DNA from: Methanobacteriota archaeon
Lineage (GTDB): Archaea; Thermoplasmatota; Thermoplasmata; UBA10834
Length of the DNA: 64,000 nt
Direction: 5' to 3'
Assembly: GCA_020347565.1 (NCBI GenBank)
Contig: CP070732.1
Coordinates: forward strand, 514,681-578,680
Under the pieces are notes generated by a model that saw nothing but the letters and a program-made list of their open reading frames with translations, was not told where the DNA came from and ran no database searches. Below, one piece after another: positions 17,803 through 27,465 of this stretch (position 1 is the first letter of the stretch; every line of letters starts with the position of its first letter). Made by a program: the position numbers and the translations under genes.

Positions 17803-19539
17803 ATGGAGGAGCAGAAGAGAGGACGGATAGTCAGGGTGGCCGGGCCGGTCGTGACCGCGGAGGGGATCTCCCCGAGGATGTACGACGTCGTGCTGGTTGG
17901 TGACCTCAGCCTCATGGGCGAGGTGATCAAGCTTATCGGGGACAAGGCGGTCGTACAGGTATACGAGGACACATCCGGGATTCGGCCAGGGGAGCAGGTG
18001 ACCAACACCGGCGAGCCCCTCCAGGCCGAACTGGGTCCGGGCCTCCTTTCCAGCATATACGACGGCGTTCAGAGGCCGTTACCAGTCCTGAAGGAGAAGG
18101 AGGGCGACTTCGTCTCCAGAGGCGTGACCGCGCCAGGCCTCGACAGGGCTACGAAGTGGAGGTTCGTGCCGAAGGTGAAGAAGGGGGACGAGCTCCAGGG
18201 CGGCATGGTCATCGGCGAGGTGCCCGAAGGCAACCTCGTGCACCGCGTACTGGTACCTCCGAAGGTGCACGGACGCGTGAAGGCGATCTCCGAGGGCGAG
18301 TTCTCCATCGAAGACGTAGTAGGTGAGCTGGAGACCGGACACGGGCTGACGATGATGCAACGATGGCCTGTGCGAACCCCGCGTCCGTATGCCGAGAAGC
18401 TGTTGCCGGACATCCCTCTCGTCACGGGCCAGAGGATTCTAGACATGCTCTTCCCGTTAGCCAAGGGCGGCACGGCCGCCATCCCAGGAGGGTTCGGCAC
18501 GGGGAAGACGGTGACGTCGCAGCAGCTCTCGAAGTGGAGCGACGCACACATCGTGGTGTATGTGGGCTGCGGAGAGAGGGGGAACGAGATGACAGAGGTG
18601 CTGACGTCGTTCCCCGAGCTGGAGGACCCGAAGACCGGCAAGCCACTCATGGGGAGGACGACGCTGATAGCCAACACATCGAACATGCCCGTCGCGGCGA
18701 GGGAGGCCTCAGTGTACACGGGCATCACCGTTGCGGAATACTACAGGGACATGGGATACGACGTGTCGCTCATGGCGGATTCCACCTCGAGATGGGCTGA
18801 AGCGATGAGGGAGATATCGTCCAGGCTGGAGGAGATGCCTGGCGAGGAGGGCTACCCCGCATACCTCGCATCGCGCCTCTCGGAGTTCTACGAGAGGTGC
18901 GGCAGGGTGAAGACGCTGTCGGGGCCGACCGGGTCGATCTCCGTCATAGGGGCGGTGTCGCCGTCCGGCGGAGATTTCAGCGAGCCTGTCACGCAGAACA
19001 CGCTCAGGATCGTGAAGGTATTCTGGGCACTCGACTCGAAGCTGCGTGAGAGGAGGCACTTCCCCGCGATTAACTGGCTCACTTCGTACTCACTCTACAG
19101 CCCCATACTCGAGGAGTGGTACAGGAAGAACGTCGCAGAGGACTGGAGCTCTCTCAGGCTGTGGGCGATGGAGACGCTGCAGAAGGAATCGGAGCTGCAG
19201 GAGATCGTGCAGCTCGTAGGGTCCGACGCCCTTCCGGAGGAGGAGCGACTCACACTCGATGTTGCGAGAATGATACGGGAGTTCTTCCTGCAGCAGAGCG
19301 CATACCACCAGGTCGATACATACAGCCCCCTGAAGCGGCAGTACGAGTACATGAAGGCCATAAAGAAGTACTCCGAGCTGGCCAAGAAGGCCATCTCACT
19401 GGAGGTCACGCTCGACAGGGTGCAGGCGCTCAAGTGCAGGGCGAACCTGGGCAAGCTGAAGTTCGAGGACGAGATCGACACGGGGCTCAAAGAGATCGGC
19501 GGCCAGATGGAGGCCGAGTTCTCGGGGCTGGGGGTGTGA
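17803..19539 (+). CDS. atpA: A-type ATP synthase subunit A (no intein)
   Basis: GGFGTGKT, GCGERGNE and MPGEEGYPAYL. Confidence 0.97.
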   Translation: MEEQKRGRIVRVAGPVVTAEGISPRMYDVVLVGDLSLMGEVIKLIGDKAVVQVYEDTSGIRPGEQVTNTGEPLQAELGPGLLSSIYDGVQRPLPVLKEKEGDFVSRGVTAPGLDRATKWRFVPKVKKGDELQGGMVIGEVPEGNLVHRVLVPPKVHGRVKAISEGEFSIEDVVGELETGHGLTMMQRWPVRTPRPYAEKLLPDIPLVTGQRILDMLFPLAKGGTAAIPGGFGTGKTVTSQQLSKWSDAHIVVYVGCGERGNEMTEVLTSFPELEDPKTGKPLMGRTTLIANTSNMPVAAREASVYTGITVAEYYRDMGYDVSLMADSTSRWAEAMREISSRLEEMPGEEGYPAYLASRLSEFYERCGRVKTLSGPTGSISVIGAVSPSGGDFSEPVTQNTLRIVKVFWALDSKLRERRHFPAINWLTSYSLYSPILEEWYRKNVAEDWSSLRLWAMETLQKESELQEIVQLVGSDALPEEERLTLDVARMIREFFLQQSAYHQVDTYSPLKRQYEYMKAIKKYSELAKKAISLEVTLDRVQALKCRANLGKLKFEDEIDTGLKEIGGQMEAEFSGLGV

Positions 19540-19542
19540 GGA

Positions 19543-20919
19543 ATGACGAAGGAGTATCACACCATAAGCCAGATAGCAGGGCCGCTCGTCTTCGTCGAGA
19601 GGACGGAGCCCGTCGCCTATGGCGAGCTTGTGAGCATCGCCCTCCCCGACGGATCGACAAAGCGAGGCCAGGTCCTCGACACTTCGGAGGAGATGGTCGT
19701 AGTCCAGGTCTTCGAGGGCACCGGTGGCATAGACAAAGCCTCTGGCGTGAAGTTCCTCGGTGAGACTCTGAAGATGCCGGTGTCGAAGGAGATGCTGGGC
19801 AGGATACTGTCGGGTTCCGGAGACCCCCTTGACAAGGGCCCCCCTATAATCCCCGAGAAGCGGTTGGAGATCATAGGTGCGGCCATCAACCCCTATGCGA
19901 GGGACAATCCGCGCGAGTTCATCGAGACGGGCATATCGTCCATAGACGGAATGAACACGCTCGTCAGAGGACAGAAGCTCCCGATATTCTCCGGTTCCGG
20001 GCTGCCTCACAACGACATCGCTCTCCAGATCGCGCGACAGGCGAAGGTCCTGGGCGAGAAGGAGGAATTCGCCGTCGTGTTCGGAGCCATGGGTATCACC
20101 AGCGAGGAGGCCCAGTACTTCATGAAGGACTTCGAGAGGACTGGCGCTCTCAAGCGCGCGGTCGTGTTCCTCAACCTCGCGGACGATCCTGCGATAGAGC
20201 GGCTGTTGACGCCGAAGCTGGCGCTCACGACGGCTGAGTACCTCGCCTTCGACCTTGGCATGCACGTCCTCGTGATACTCACGGATCTGACCAACTACTG
20301 CGAGGCGCTGAGGCAGATAGGAGCGGCGAGGGAGGAGGTTCCGGCGAGACGAGGATACCCAGGTTACATGTACACCGACCTCGCGAGCCTTTACGAGCGC
20401 GCCGGAAGGATCAAGGCGAAGCGCGGTTCGATCACGCAGTTCCCGATACTGTCGATGCCCGGGGACGACATAACTCATCCGATCCCCGACCTCACCGGCT
20501 ATATCACCGAGGGGCAGATCGTGGCCTCGAGGGAGCTGCACAGGAAAGGCATATATCCACCCGTCGCGGTCGAGCGTTCGTTGTCTCGGCTGATGGGGCA
20601 GGGCATAGGTGAGGGACACACTAGAGAAGACCACCGCGCGGTGTCCGACCAGCTCTATGCCGCCTACGCCGAGGGCAGGGACCTGCGTGGCCTCGTCGCC
20701 ATCGTAGGGAAGGAGGCCCTGTCGGAGCGGGACAGGAAGTTCCTCGACTTCGCCGACGCGTTCGAGGACCGCTTCGTCAGGCAGGACGCGAACGAGGACA
20801 GGACTATCGAGCAGACGCTCAGCCTCTCGTGGGAGCTGCTGTCTGCGCTGCCCGTGGAGTCGTTGACCAAGATCGACCGGAAGCTGATCGAGAAGTATCA
20901 TCCGTCAGGGAAGAAGTGA
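19543..20919 (+). CDS. atpB: A-type ATP synthase subunit B
   Basis: [27 protein letters not shown] and [14 protein letters not shown]. Confidence 0.97.
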   Translation: MTKEYHTISQIAGPLVFVERTEPVAYGELVSIALPDGSTKRGQVLDTSEEMVVVQVFEGTGGIDKASGVKFLGETLKMPVSKEMLGRILSGSGDPLDKGPPIIPEKRLEIIGAAINPYARDNPREFIETGISSIDGMNTLVRGQKLPIFSGSGLPHNDIALQIARQAKVLGEKEEFAVVFGAMGITSEEAQYFMKDFERTGALKRAVVFLNLADDPAIERLLTPKLALTTAEYLAFDLGMHVLVILTDLTNYCEALRQIGAAREEVPARRGYPGYMYTDLASLYERAGRIKAKRGSITQFPILSMPGDDITHPIPDLTGYITEGQIVASRELHRKGIYPPVAVERSLSRLMGQGIGEGHTREDHRAVSDQLYAAYAEGRDLRGLVAIVGKEALSERDRKFLDFADAFEDRFVRQDANEDRTIEQTLSLSWELLSALPVESLTKIDRKLIEKYHPSGKK

Positions 20920-20925
20920 AGTCCG

Positions 20926-21567
20926 ATGCCGGTAAGAGAGGTCCAGCCAACCAGGTCAGAGCTGCTCGAGGTCACGAAGAAAATCAGGCTCACCAGAAAC
21001 GGGCATAAGATCCTGAAGCTCAAGCGCGACGGCTTGATACTCGAGTTCTTCGAAATACTGGACAAGGCGAAGGACCTCAGGCTCGAGATCGCCAAGCAGT
21101 ATCGGGACGCTAGCGAGAAGATCGCGGTGGCGAACGCCGTCGACGGCGTAATTGCCGTGCGATCCGCCGCATATGCGCTGACGATACACCCTGAGATACA
21201 GCTGAAGACGAAGAATCTGATGGGCGTGGTCGTCCCCGAGATATCGTCGTCGCGGATAATCGCCCCCCTCGACGAGCGCGGCTACGGCGTCATCGGCACC
21301 TCGCCTAGAATCGATGAGGCGGCGGATGCTTACGAACGGCTGGTCGAGACGGTCGTCAAGGCAGCGGAGCTTGAGACTACCATGAAGAAGCTCCTGGACG
21401 AGATCGAGAGGACGAAGAGAAGGGTCAACGCCCTCGAGTTCAAGGTTCTCCCCGAGTTCGAGGAGATCGAGCGCTTCATAAGGTTCAGGCTCGAGGAGAT
21501 GGAGCGCGACAACATCTTCCGACTCAAGAAGATAAAGAAGAAGACGGCCGCGAAGGCAGAGGCGTGA
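20926..21567 (+). CDS. atpD: A-type ATP synthase subunit D
   Basis: PTRSELL, GHKILKLKRD and TKRRVNALE. Confidence 0.95.
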   Translation: MPVREVQPTRSELLEVTKKIRLTRNGHKILKLKRDGLILEFFEILDKAKDLRLEIAKQYRDASEKIAVANAVDGVIAVRSAAYALTIHPEIQLKTKNLMGVVVPEISSSRIIAPLDERGYGVIGTSPRIDEAADAYERLVETVVKAAELETTMKKLLDEIERTKRRVNALEFKVLPEFEEIERFIRFRLEEMERDNIFRLKKIKKKTAAKAEA

Positions 21568-21571
21568 GGGC

Positions 21572-21697
21572 TTGACGCTCGAAGAGGCTTTGAGGGATCG
21601 GAGGAAGATGCTGCTCCTCTTCAGGGTGGGCTTCTGGTCCAGCATGGTCCTGATAGCGATCGGGTGCTACTACATAGTCATGGACCTGATCGGCTAG
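21572..21697 (+). CDS. small single-pass membrane protein (41 aa) at the end of the ATP synthase operon
   Basis: TTG start 4 nt after the atpD stop; MTLEEALRDRRKMLLLFRVGFWSSMVLIAIGCYYIVMDLIG; fills the gap to DP1. Confidence 0.65.
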   Translation: MTLEEALRDRRKMLLLFRVGFWSSMVLIAIGCYYIVMDLIG

Positions 21698-21699
21698 TA

Positions 21700-23169
21700 T
21701 CATCCGGAGAAATCCTCGACCCAGCATTCGCCGGTACCCAGGTGCACCATCGGCACCTTGGCCGGGTCGGGCGTCTGGTTGTGCATGCGCTGGAAGGCTG
21801 TCTGGGACTGCCATGCGGAGGCGTTTATCAGCTTGATGCCTCTGTACTCATCGAGTTCGCAGACATGGACATGCCCCGTCACGAAGATGTCAGGGACGGT
21901 GTCGATCACAAGATAGTCCTTCTGCTCGGGTGCGATCGGCGTCTTGCCCCCGTAGACGGGCGCGAGATGTCTCCTCTTAAGCATCTCCTTCATGGCCTCC
22001 TGCGGGTTTGTGTAGTTCAAGCGTCTCACGCCCGAGTTGAAGTCGTCCATGCTCTTTCCGTGGTACGCCAGTATCACCCGTCCTTCGATCTCCAGATAGC
22101 AGGGGTTGCCCACGAACTCGATGTTCGAGTCGAACATCTCCCTTATGTCGTTTGGGAGCGCTGGCTGAGGTTCTGCGAGCCTCACGGCGTCGTGGTTCCC
22201 CGGCATCGCGACGATACTGATCCGGTCCGGGAGCTCCTTCACCGCCTCCGAGAGGGCCAGGTACTGTCCGTACAGGTCATCCAGCCTGAGCTCTTCCTCC
22301 TGGCCAGGGTACACCCCTATTCCGTCGACGAGGTCTCCTGGCATCACTACGTATCTGATATCCTTCGCGACGGGATCCCTGCCGAGCCAGTCGACGAGTC
22401 TCTTCCACGCCTTGTCCAGGAAGGTGTTGCTGCCGAGGTGGATGTCCGAGACGAACGCGACAATCGACTCGGAGCCGTTCGGGGCCATGCCGCTGCTGAG
22501 GGGCACGTCTGGTCGAATCACGTCCTTCGCGACGACCAGCTCTCCGTCTCTGTTGAATGACCCGACCACTCCGAGGATTTCATCCTTAAGGAAGGCTTCG
22601 TTCATCCTCGCCGAACCCTTCATGACCAGCACCATTATCTTGTCCGTCTCGTCCTCCATCTCGATGATCGTGTGTCCGTTCTTCGTGGTATGGGAGTCGT
22701 TCACTATTCCGACGAACCGCAGGTCCCTCTCCAGCTTCTTGACCCGTGCGATCGGCAACTGGCCCGCCAGTTCCCTCCTCTTAGAGAGCATCTTCCTCAG
22801 TGTCAAGTACCTGTCCTTGAATAGCTTGGCGAAATCAATCACGTTGCCAACACAGGTGGAGTTGCCAGTTATGTCCTTGATGACTTTCACCGTGCCGGGC
22901 TTCAACCGTCCCGCTCCTTGCTCGGCAGCCTTATCTGCCGCGCCCTCGACGCCTGGCAAGACATCATCGGCTCCACGGATGATGTCGTCGTCGCGGCGTG
23001 CGTACCCCACTATGTCTTCCTCCGTCAGTATGAGAGCTCTGTTCCCAGGGTCTTCGACCATTCGGTCGACGCACTCGTCGGCGTCCGGGAGCCTCATCAG
23101 GGCGTCGATTGCCTTCGGTTCGAGCAGTATGCCGACTTCTCCGAGCCTGCCCAGAATCCGCTTTTTCAT
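21700..23169 (-). CDS. polB: DNA polymerase D small subunit DP1
   Basis: SDIHLGS, GDLVDGIGVYPGQ, PGNHD, YHG, RRHLAP and TGHVH. Confidence 0.95.
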   Translation of the reverse strand: MKKRILGRLGEVGILLEPKAIDALMRLPDADECVDRMVEDPGNRALILTEEDIVGYARRDDDIIRGADDVLPGVEGAADKAAEQGAGRLKPGTVKVIKDITGNSTCVGNVIDFAKLFKDRYLTLRKMLSKRRELAGQLPIARVKKLERDLRFVGIVNDSHTTKNGHTIIEMEDETDKIMVLVMKGSARMNEAFLKDEILGVVGSFNRDGELVVAKDVIRPDVPLSSGMAPNGSESIVAFVSDIHLGSNTFLDKAWKRLVDWLGRDPVAKDIRYVVMPGDLVDGIGVYPGQEEELRLDDLYGQYLALSEAVKELPDRISIVAMPGNHDAVRLAEPQPALPNDIREMFDSNIEFVGNPCYLEIEGRVILAYHGKSMDDFNSGVRRLNYTNPQEAMKEMLKRRHLAPVYGGKTPIAPEQKDYLVIDTVPDIFVTGHVHVCELDEYRGIKLINASAWQSQTAFQRMHNQTPDPAKVPMVHLGTGECWVEDFSG

Positions 23170-23288
23170 GTCCTCCGAACCTAGCGCCGCCCTGCTTAAA
23201 AACCTATCCCAACCGTCATCGCAGGGGCGTACTGGGCCAAGGTCATCGGCACAGCAGTGTTAAATATCCCCCGTCTCATGGACGGCGC

Positions 23289-23669
23289 GTGTGTGAGGTC
23301 CATCTATCAGCCAGATGCCATCCGACCGAGGATCGCGAGAGAGTGGCCGGCGCCCTGAAGGCTTTCTTCCCAGACGCGATCGTCGAGGGGGACGATGTTC
23401 TCTACGCACAGTCTCGGAGCGTAGAGGCGTTCGCGGAGCAGCTTGCGAAGCAGAGAATCAGAGCGGCAGCCCGGAAGATGCTCCTGAGGAACGTCGTGGG
23501 AGACGAGGTACACTTCAGGCTGAGCAAACAGGTCGCCACGACCGGCAAGATATCGCTGTCGGAGGAGGACCATGCGCTCGGAGACATCGAAGTTACGATA
23601 CGGTCCGCGGATATCGAGGCTGTGGTAGACCGGATCGCCCCGCGCCCGCGTCAGGGGGATGCTGCATGA
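23289..23669 (+). CDS. DUF54/COG1931-like RNA-binding protein
   Basis: HPTEDRERV..A...FFP, QRIRAAAR, LSKQVA..GKI and LGDIEV. Confidence 0.75.
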   Translation: MCEVHLSARCHPTEDRERVAGALKAFFPDAIVEGDDVLYAQSRSVEAFAEQLAKQRIRAAARKMLLRNVVGDEVHFRLSKQVATTGKISLSEEDHALGDIEVTIRSADIEAVVDRIAPRPRQGDAA

Positions 23670-24427
23670 TCGGTGTCGCCTCCCCGTCCTTCTGCTTCGT
23701 TCCGTTCCCGGAGATGGTCGGAGAGGTTGCAGAGCGGTTCGACTTGTGGGAGATACTGGTCGAGGGCAGACATTCGTTCGAGACCTGCTACGATGAGATA
23801 TCGGACGCGGTCGCCTCACACGACATCGAGTTCCAGGCGCACGCGCCAATGACGGATGTGAATCTCGGGAGCATGTACGAGCCAATGAGACGCGCGTCCG
23901 TCGCCGAAGTGCGGAATACGATAGAGGCGTGCGGCAGGTTGGGCATCTCCCTTGTGACAGTCCATCCGGGATTCGTCCAGGGGATCGCCTTCCTGAGAAA
24001 GAGTGTAATTTGCGAGCAGACGAGACGCTCGCTCGTCGAACTCGCTTGCGTCGCCGAGGACAACGGCGTTGTTCTGGCGGTCGAGAACATGCCGACTGGC
24101 ATCAACGCGACATGCACGAGCGCGGAGGAGTTGCTTGAGGCGGTGAAAGGCACTTCGCTGGGATTGTGCTTCGACATGGGCCATGCAAACACCGCAGGTC
24201 AAATCGACGAGATGTTGGAGCACGTAGCGCTTTTCAGGAACGTGCATCTACACAACAACGATGGAACCTGGGACCAGCACAATGCGATTGATGAAGGAAC
24301 CGCGGACCTCCCGGCAGCGGTGGCGCGAATCCGGCATGGGGGATATGCGGGCAGCTACGTGATCGAAGCCACGGACCTCGACAGTGCCGTCGGGAGCAAG
24401 CAGATGTTGGAAAGGCTACTTGTATGA
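23666..24427 (+). CDS. sugar phosphate isomerase/epimerase (AP endonuclease 2 TIM barrel)
   Basis: HAP..DVNLGS, VHPG, ENM, FDMGHA and HLHNNDG. Confidence 0.85.
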   Translation: MIGVASPSFCFVPFPEMVGEVAERFDLWEILVEGRHSFETCYDEISDAVASHDIEFQAHAPMTDVNLGSMYEPMRRASVAEVRNTIEACGRLGISLVTVHPGFVQGIAFLRKSVICEQTRRSLVELACVAEDNGVVLAVENMPTGINATCTSAEELLEAVKGTSLGLCFDMGHANTAGQIDEMLEHVALFRNVHLHNNDGTWDQHNAIDEGTADLPAAVARIRHGGYAGSYVIEATDLDSAVGSKQMLERLLV

Positions 24428-25807
24428 CCTGCCACAGCCAAGGCAGACGAGCCCTCTCTCGCCGTCCAGTCTGGCACTCGTAGAACCGCAGAAGGAACAG
24501 ACGAAGAACCCTGCAGCCGAGGTGCGACGCGTCCGCTCTTCCTCATGGGACTGTTGAGGCGAGTGCTCCGGGATCTGGCCGAGGGAGTCGCTCCTCGTGT
24601 AGCCCCCAAGGCTCACCACGGCAGGCGGCATCGCAGCGGCCGTCACGGCGACTTGCGTCGGCTTCTCACCTTCGAAGAACAGACGCCCGGATAGGAACTC
24701 TGCTATCCGGATGGAGAAGTATATCGTGAAGAAGAAGCCGAGACCGACCCAGAGGAGGATGCCGATGGCCACGATCATCTGGACGGCGAATGAAGCATCG
24801 AACACGACCAACGGCGTCGACAGATAGTCGAAGGAGAAGTGCAGCATCACGGCGGCTGGGAGGCCGTGCTTCAGGAACATGTACCCGAACGCCACCCCGG
24901 CTATGGACGCTGGGAAGATTTTCCAGAGGCCCCAGGCCTCGAAATGGGCGAAGCCGAATACCAAGGAGGAGATGATGACGAGCGCGGTCTCCCCCCACAT
25001 TATCTTGATCCCTCCTCCAAACACGTACTTGTGTGGCTTCCTAGCCTCCATGCCCCGCGCTTGGTCGACGACTATCAGAGGCAGCCCCAAGAGCAGGACT
25101 CTGACGATCAGCTCCTCCCAGACCGATGCATTGGCTAGAAGGAACAACAGCTCCCAGTCCGCCATGCTCTCGGTCGGAGCCACGGGCTCGTCGCCCATCG
25201 CCATCAGGAGCAAGACGATGACCGTGTTGATGAACAGCACGGCGAACATCAGGGCACACATATCGAAGAACGGGCTGTGATCTCTTGGCGTCCCCCGCAT
25301 GGTGATTTCGTTCAGGAATTTCCTCGCGCTCTTCAGGACGAGCCATCCGGCAGACGCGAGAATGGCACACACGAGGAAGATGTACCACGCCTCGAGCGCC
25401 GCGCCGGAGATTGTCACTATTGGAATGAGAGCGACGAGCGCGATATGGAGTGAGTAGGAATGGTTTCCGATCTCTGGCGCGACGATGTCGACGCCTATTA
25501 TGAGCACACCCAGGCATACCGCGAGATATGCCGCGAAGGTGAGCATGAATGCTGCGGAGGCGGCCCTACCGAACCTGCGCCAAGGAAGTGTCGACCGACG
25601 TACACGTTGGTAGTACTGCATTCTCAGCAGATGTGAGGGCGGCGGCGCTGTTGACGGGCCGAATCGGCCGTCCGGCTGGCTCGAAAGGGACGGTTTGAGG
25701 GCGCCGCACGAAGGACAGTAGGTCCCCATACCGGGAATGATTGCACCGCAGCGCATGCACATTTCATCTCGCGGGGATCTTCCAGTTGAAGGGGTGTTTG
25801 TGGACAC
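24416..25807 (-). CDS. CPBP (CAAX/Abi) intramembrane protease with N- and C-terminal zinc ribbons
   Basis: WEELIVR, FGFAH and LHFSFD; CxxC...CxxC at both ends. Confidence 0.85.
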   Translation of the reverse strand: MSTNTPSTGRSPRDEMCMRCGAIIPGMGTYCPSCGALKPSLSSQPDGRFGPSTAPPPSHLLRMQYYQRVRRSTLPWRRFGRAASAAFMLTFAAYLAVCLGVLIIGVDIVAPEIGNHSYSLHIALVALIPIVTISGAALEAWYIFLVCAILASAGWLVLKSARKFLNEITMRGTPRDHSPFFDMCALMFAVLFINTVIVLLLMAMGDEPVAPTESMADWELLFLLANASVWEELIVRVLLLGLPLIVVDQARGMEARKPHKYVFGGGIKIMWGETALVIISSLVFGFAHFEAWGLWKIFPASIAGVAFGYMFLKHGLPAAVMLHFSFDYLSTPLVVFDASFAVQMIVAIGILLWVGLGFFFTIYFSIRIAEFLSGRLFFEGEKPTQVAVTAAAMPPAVVSLGGYTRSDSLGQIPEHSPQQSHEEERTRRTSAAGFFVCSFCGSTSARLDGERGLVCLGCGRSYK

Positions 25808-26116
25808 AAACCGAGATTACGGCCCTGAGCGTATATTACGGTATTCCCCGTTGCATTGCGGCTTGACCTGGGCCGAAGGGCCGCGGCACCATAGGGCCGT
25901 CATCTGATCCGAAGACGAGCGGCTGCGGCGAGTATTCTATCAGTTTCGATAACGGGTGCTCGACATGTGCGCTCATGCGATTGCCGCAGAGAACTAGTTC
26001 ACCGCCGCGACACGCGGTTAAACGGCGTGAAGTGCTGGATTTCGCAGAATCCGCCGCCGCAAGAATATATATTGCATCAAATTATTCACGATGACCTAAT
26101 GAACGGAGGCGGCCAA

Positions 26117-26365
26117 ATGGACGAACAGCAGAACACTAAGGTGCGATTCGAGACGCTTAACGCCGAAAAGATACCCTTTGGAAAGAACAACTTCTTGGAG
26201 GTCGCCAGGAAGAAGGCAATAACGGACGAGGGCGTTAGTGAGTTCATATCGGTATCTAGGGGATACTATCTGCCGGACGGGAGCGAGAAGTACAAGAAGT
26301 CGATAACCATCCCTGACGATCCGGACATAAAGACCTTCATCACGGACAAGATCACAAAGCTGTAA
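26117..26365 (+). CDS. small hypothetical protein, possible PC4/Pur-like nucleic-acid-binding fold
   Basis: SD GGAGG and a TATA-like element at about 26061-26074; NNFLEVARK...FISVSRGYY...KKSITIP. Confidence 0.7.
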   Translation: MDEQQNTKVRFETLNAEKIPFGKNNFLEVARKKAITDEGVSEFISVSRGYYLPDGSEKYKKSITIPDDPDIKTFITDKITKL

Positions 26366-26412
26366 GTCTGTGCCGACGGACCGCCGCGGGCAGTTGTTCC
26401 GTCGCTGTCCTC

Positions 26413-26934
26413 TTACTGTGCCTTCAGAATCAGTTCTAGATAAGTATCCTTCACTTTCTCTACAAGCCGTAGCTCCTTCTCGGCCCTGTGAATCAGCAGC
26501 TTCGCCCTCGAAGGATCCTCAGTCATAAGCTCGATTTCCACGAATTGTCCGAGTCCTTCGATGTCGTCGATGTCCACTCTCAGCAGATCGAGGGCGAAGG
26601 ATACGCGCCTCTTCTTCACACAGACGATGTCTACGAACCCCAACCTTTTCAGGACTCTGTCCATTGTCAACCAATCGTCGATTCTGAGCGTGAGCTCCTC
26701 TCTAGCCTTTGCGCTGGAGCCAGTCATTCGCGGTCCTTTATAGGTCTGTTCAGAGCCGTCGTCTCGCTTCCGCAGCCTCAACGCCTCGTCAGTCTCCTTG
26801 AACCGCCTGCCGGGATGCGCGTAGTAGGTGTCCTCAATGATCTCATCGCATAGCTTTCTGGCGCCGAGCCTGCCAAGGGTCGTGACAATGCCGTCGTTGC
26901 CTGGCGACCTGTACTTCATCTCGACCTCGAGCAC
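26413..26934 (-). CDS. cyaB: CYTH-family class IV adenylate cyclase-like protein
   Basis: EVEMK, DTYY, DEALRLR, TYKGP, REE and GLGQFVEIE. Confidence 0.9.
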   Translation of the reverse strand: MLEVEMKYRSPGNDGIVTTLGRLGARKLCDEIIEDTYYAHPGRRFKETDEALRLRKRDDGSEQTYKGPRMTGSSAKAREELTLRIDDWLTMDRVLKRLGFVDIVCVKKRRVSFALDLLRVDIDDIEGLGQFVEIELMTEDPSRAKLLIHRAEKELRLVEKVKDTYLELILKAQ

Positions 26935-26999
26935 GGAACGCCCGTAGCATCTTCCCGTTGATTAAGCTAGCTGGTGTACGAACCCGTCAGCCCTGTACC

Positions 27000-27012
27000 A
27001 AAAGGTATAAGT
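27000..27012 (+). promoter_or_regulatory. BRE-TATA promoter of the V4R/KaiC operon
   Basis: AAAAGGTATAAGT; the same 13-mer recurs at 55562 upstream of the CPA2 antiporter. Confidence 0.6.
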
Positions 27013-27047
27013 CTCGACTTGAAGATTGACGACAACCCAGTTGGCAG

Positions 27048-27464
27048 GTGGTCTTCATGGAGCAACCGGAAAGGGCGATCAAGCTCAGGAAGGACGAACT
27101 CGTCGAGATAAAGAGGCTCTACGAGACCGTTATGACTTTCGCATCTCACGGGATGTTCTACAGGAGCGGCAGGGTCATCGGCGCGAGGATAATCAGGACG
27201 GCCGGCTCCGACTTCACGAAGGTACGCGATGCCCTGATCCGCGAAGGGTGGGTTACGGACATCGAGTTCGACGGCGACGTCGTCACAGCTACGGGCTCGG
27301 TTGAAGCATCCTCCTCGGACGCGCCGAGCTGTCACTTCCTGCGCGGTATACTGGCCAAGGTGTTCGAGGAGCGAACCGGGAAGGACGTCTACTGTCACGA
27401 GCGGAAATGCCTGTCTAAGGGGGACGAGAAATGCGAGTTCGTCATAGACACGGAGGTGTTGTGA
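27048..27464 (+). CDS. V4R domain protein
   Basis: CHFLRGILA...ERKCLSKGDEKCEF. Confidence 0.88.
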   Translation: MVFMEQPERAIKLRKDELVEIKRLYETVMTFASHGMFYRSGRVIGARIIRTAGSDFTKVRDALIREGWVTDIEFDGDVVTATGSVEASSSDAPSCHFLRGILAKVFEERTGKDVYCHERKCLSKGDEKCEFVIDTEVL

Positions 27465-27465
27465 G

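Noticed and set aside
17803-19539. Possible intein in atpA (also checked cdc6, DP1 and tfb)
   Set aside because: Lengths are normal and motifs are contiguous.
19396-20901. 501-aa ORF antisense to atpB, and many similar shadow ORFs
   Set aside because: These are expected from GC-rich codon bias opposite conserved genes, and they carry no recognisable motifs.
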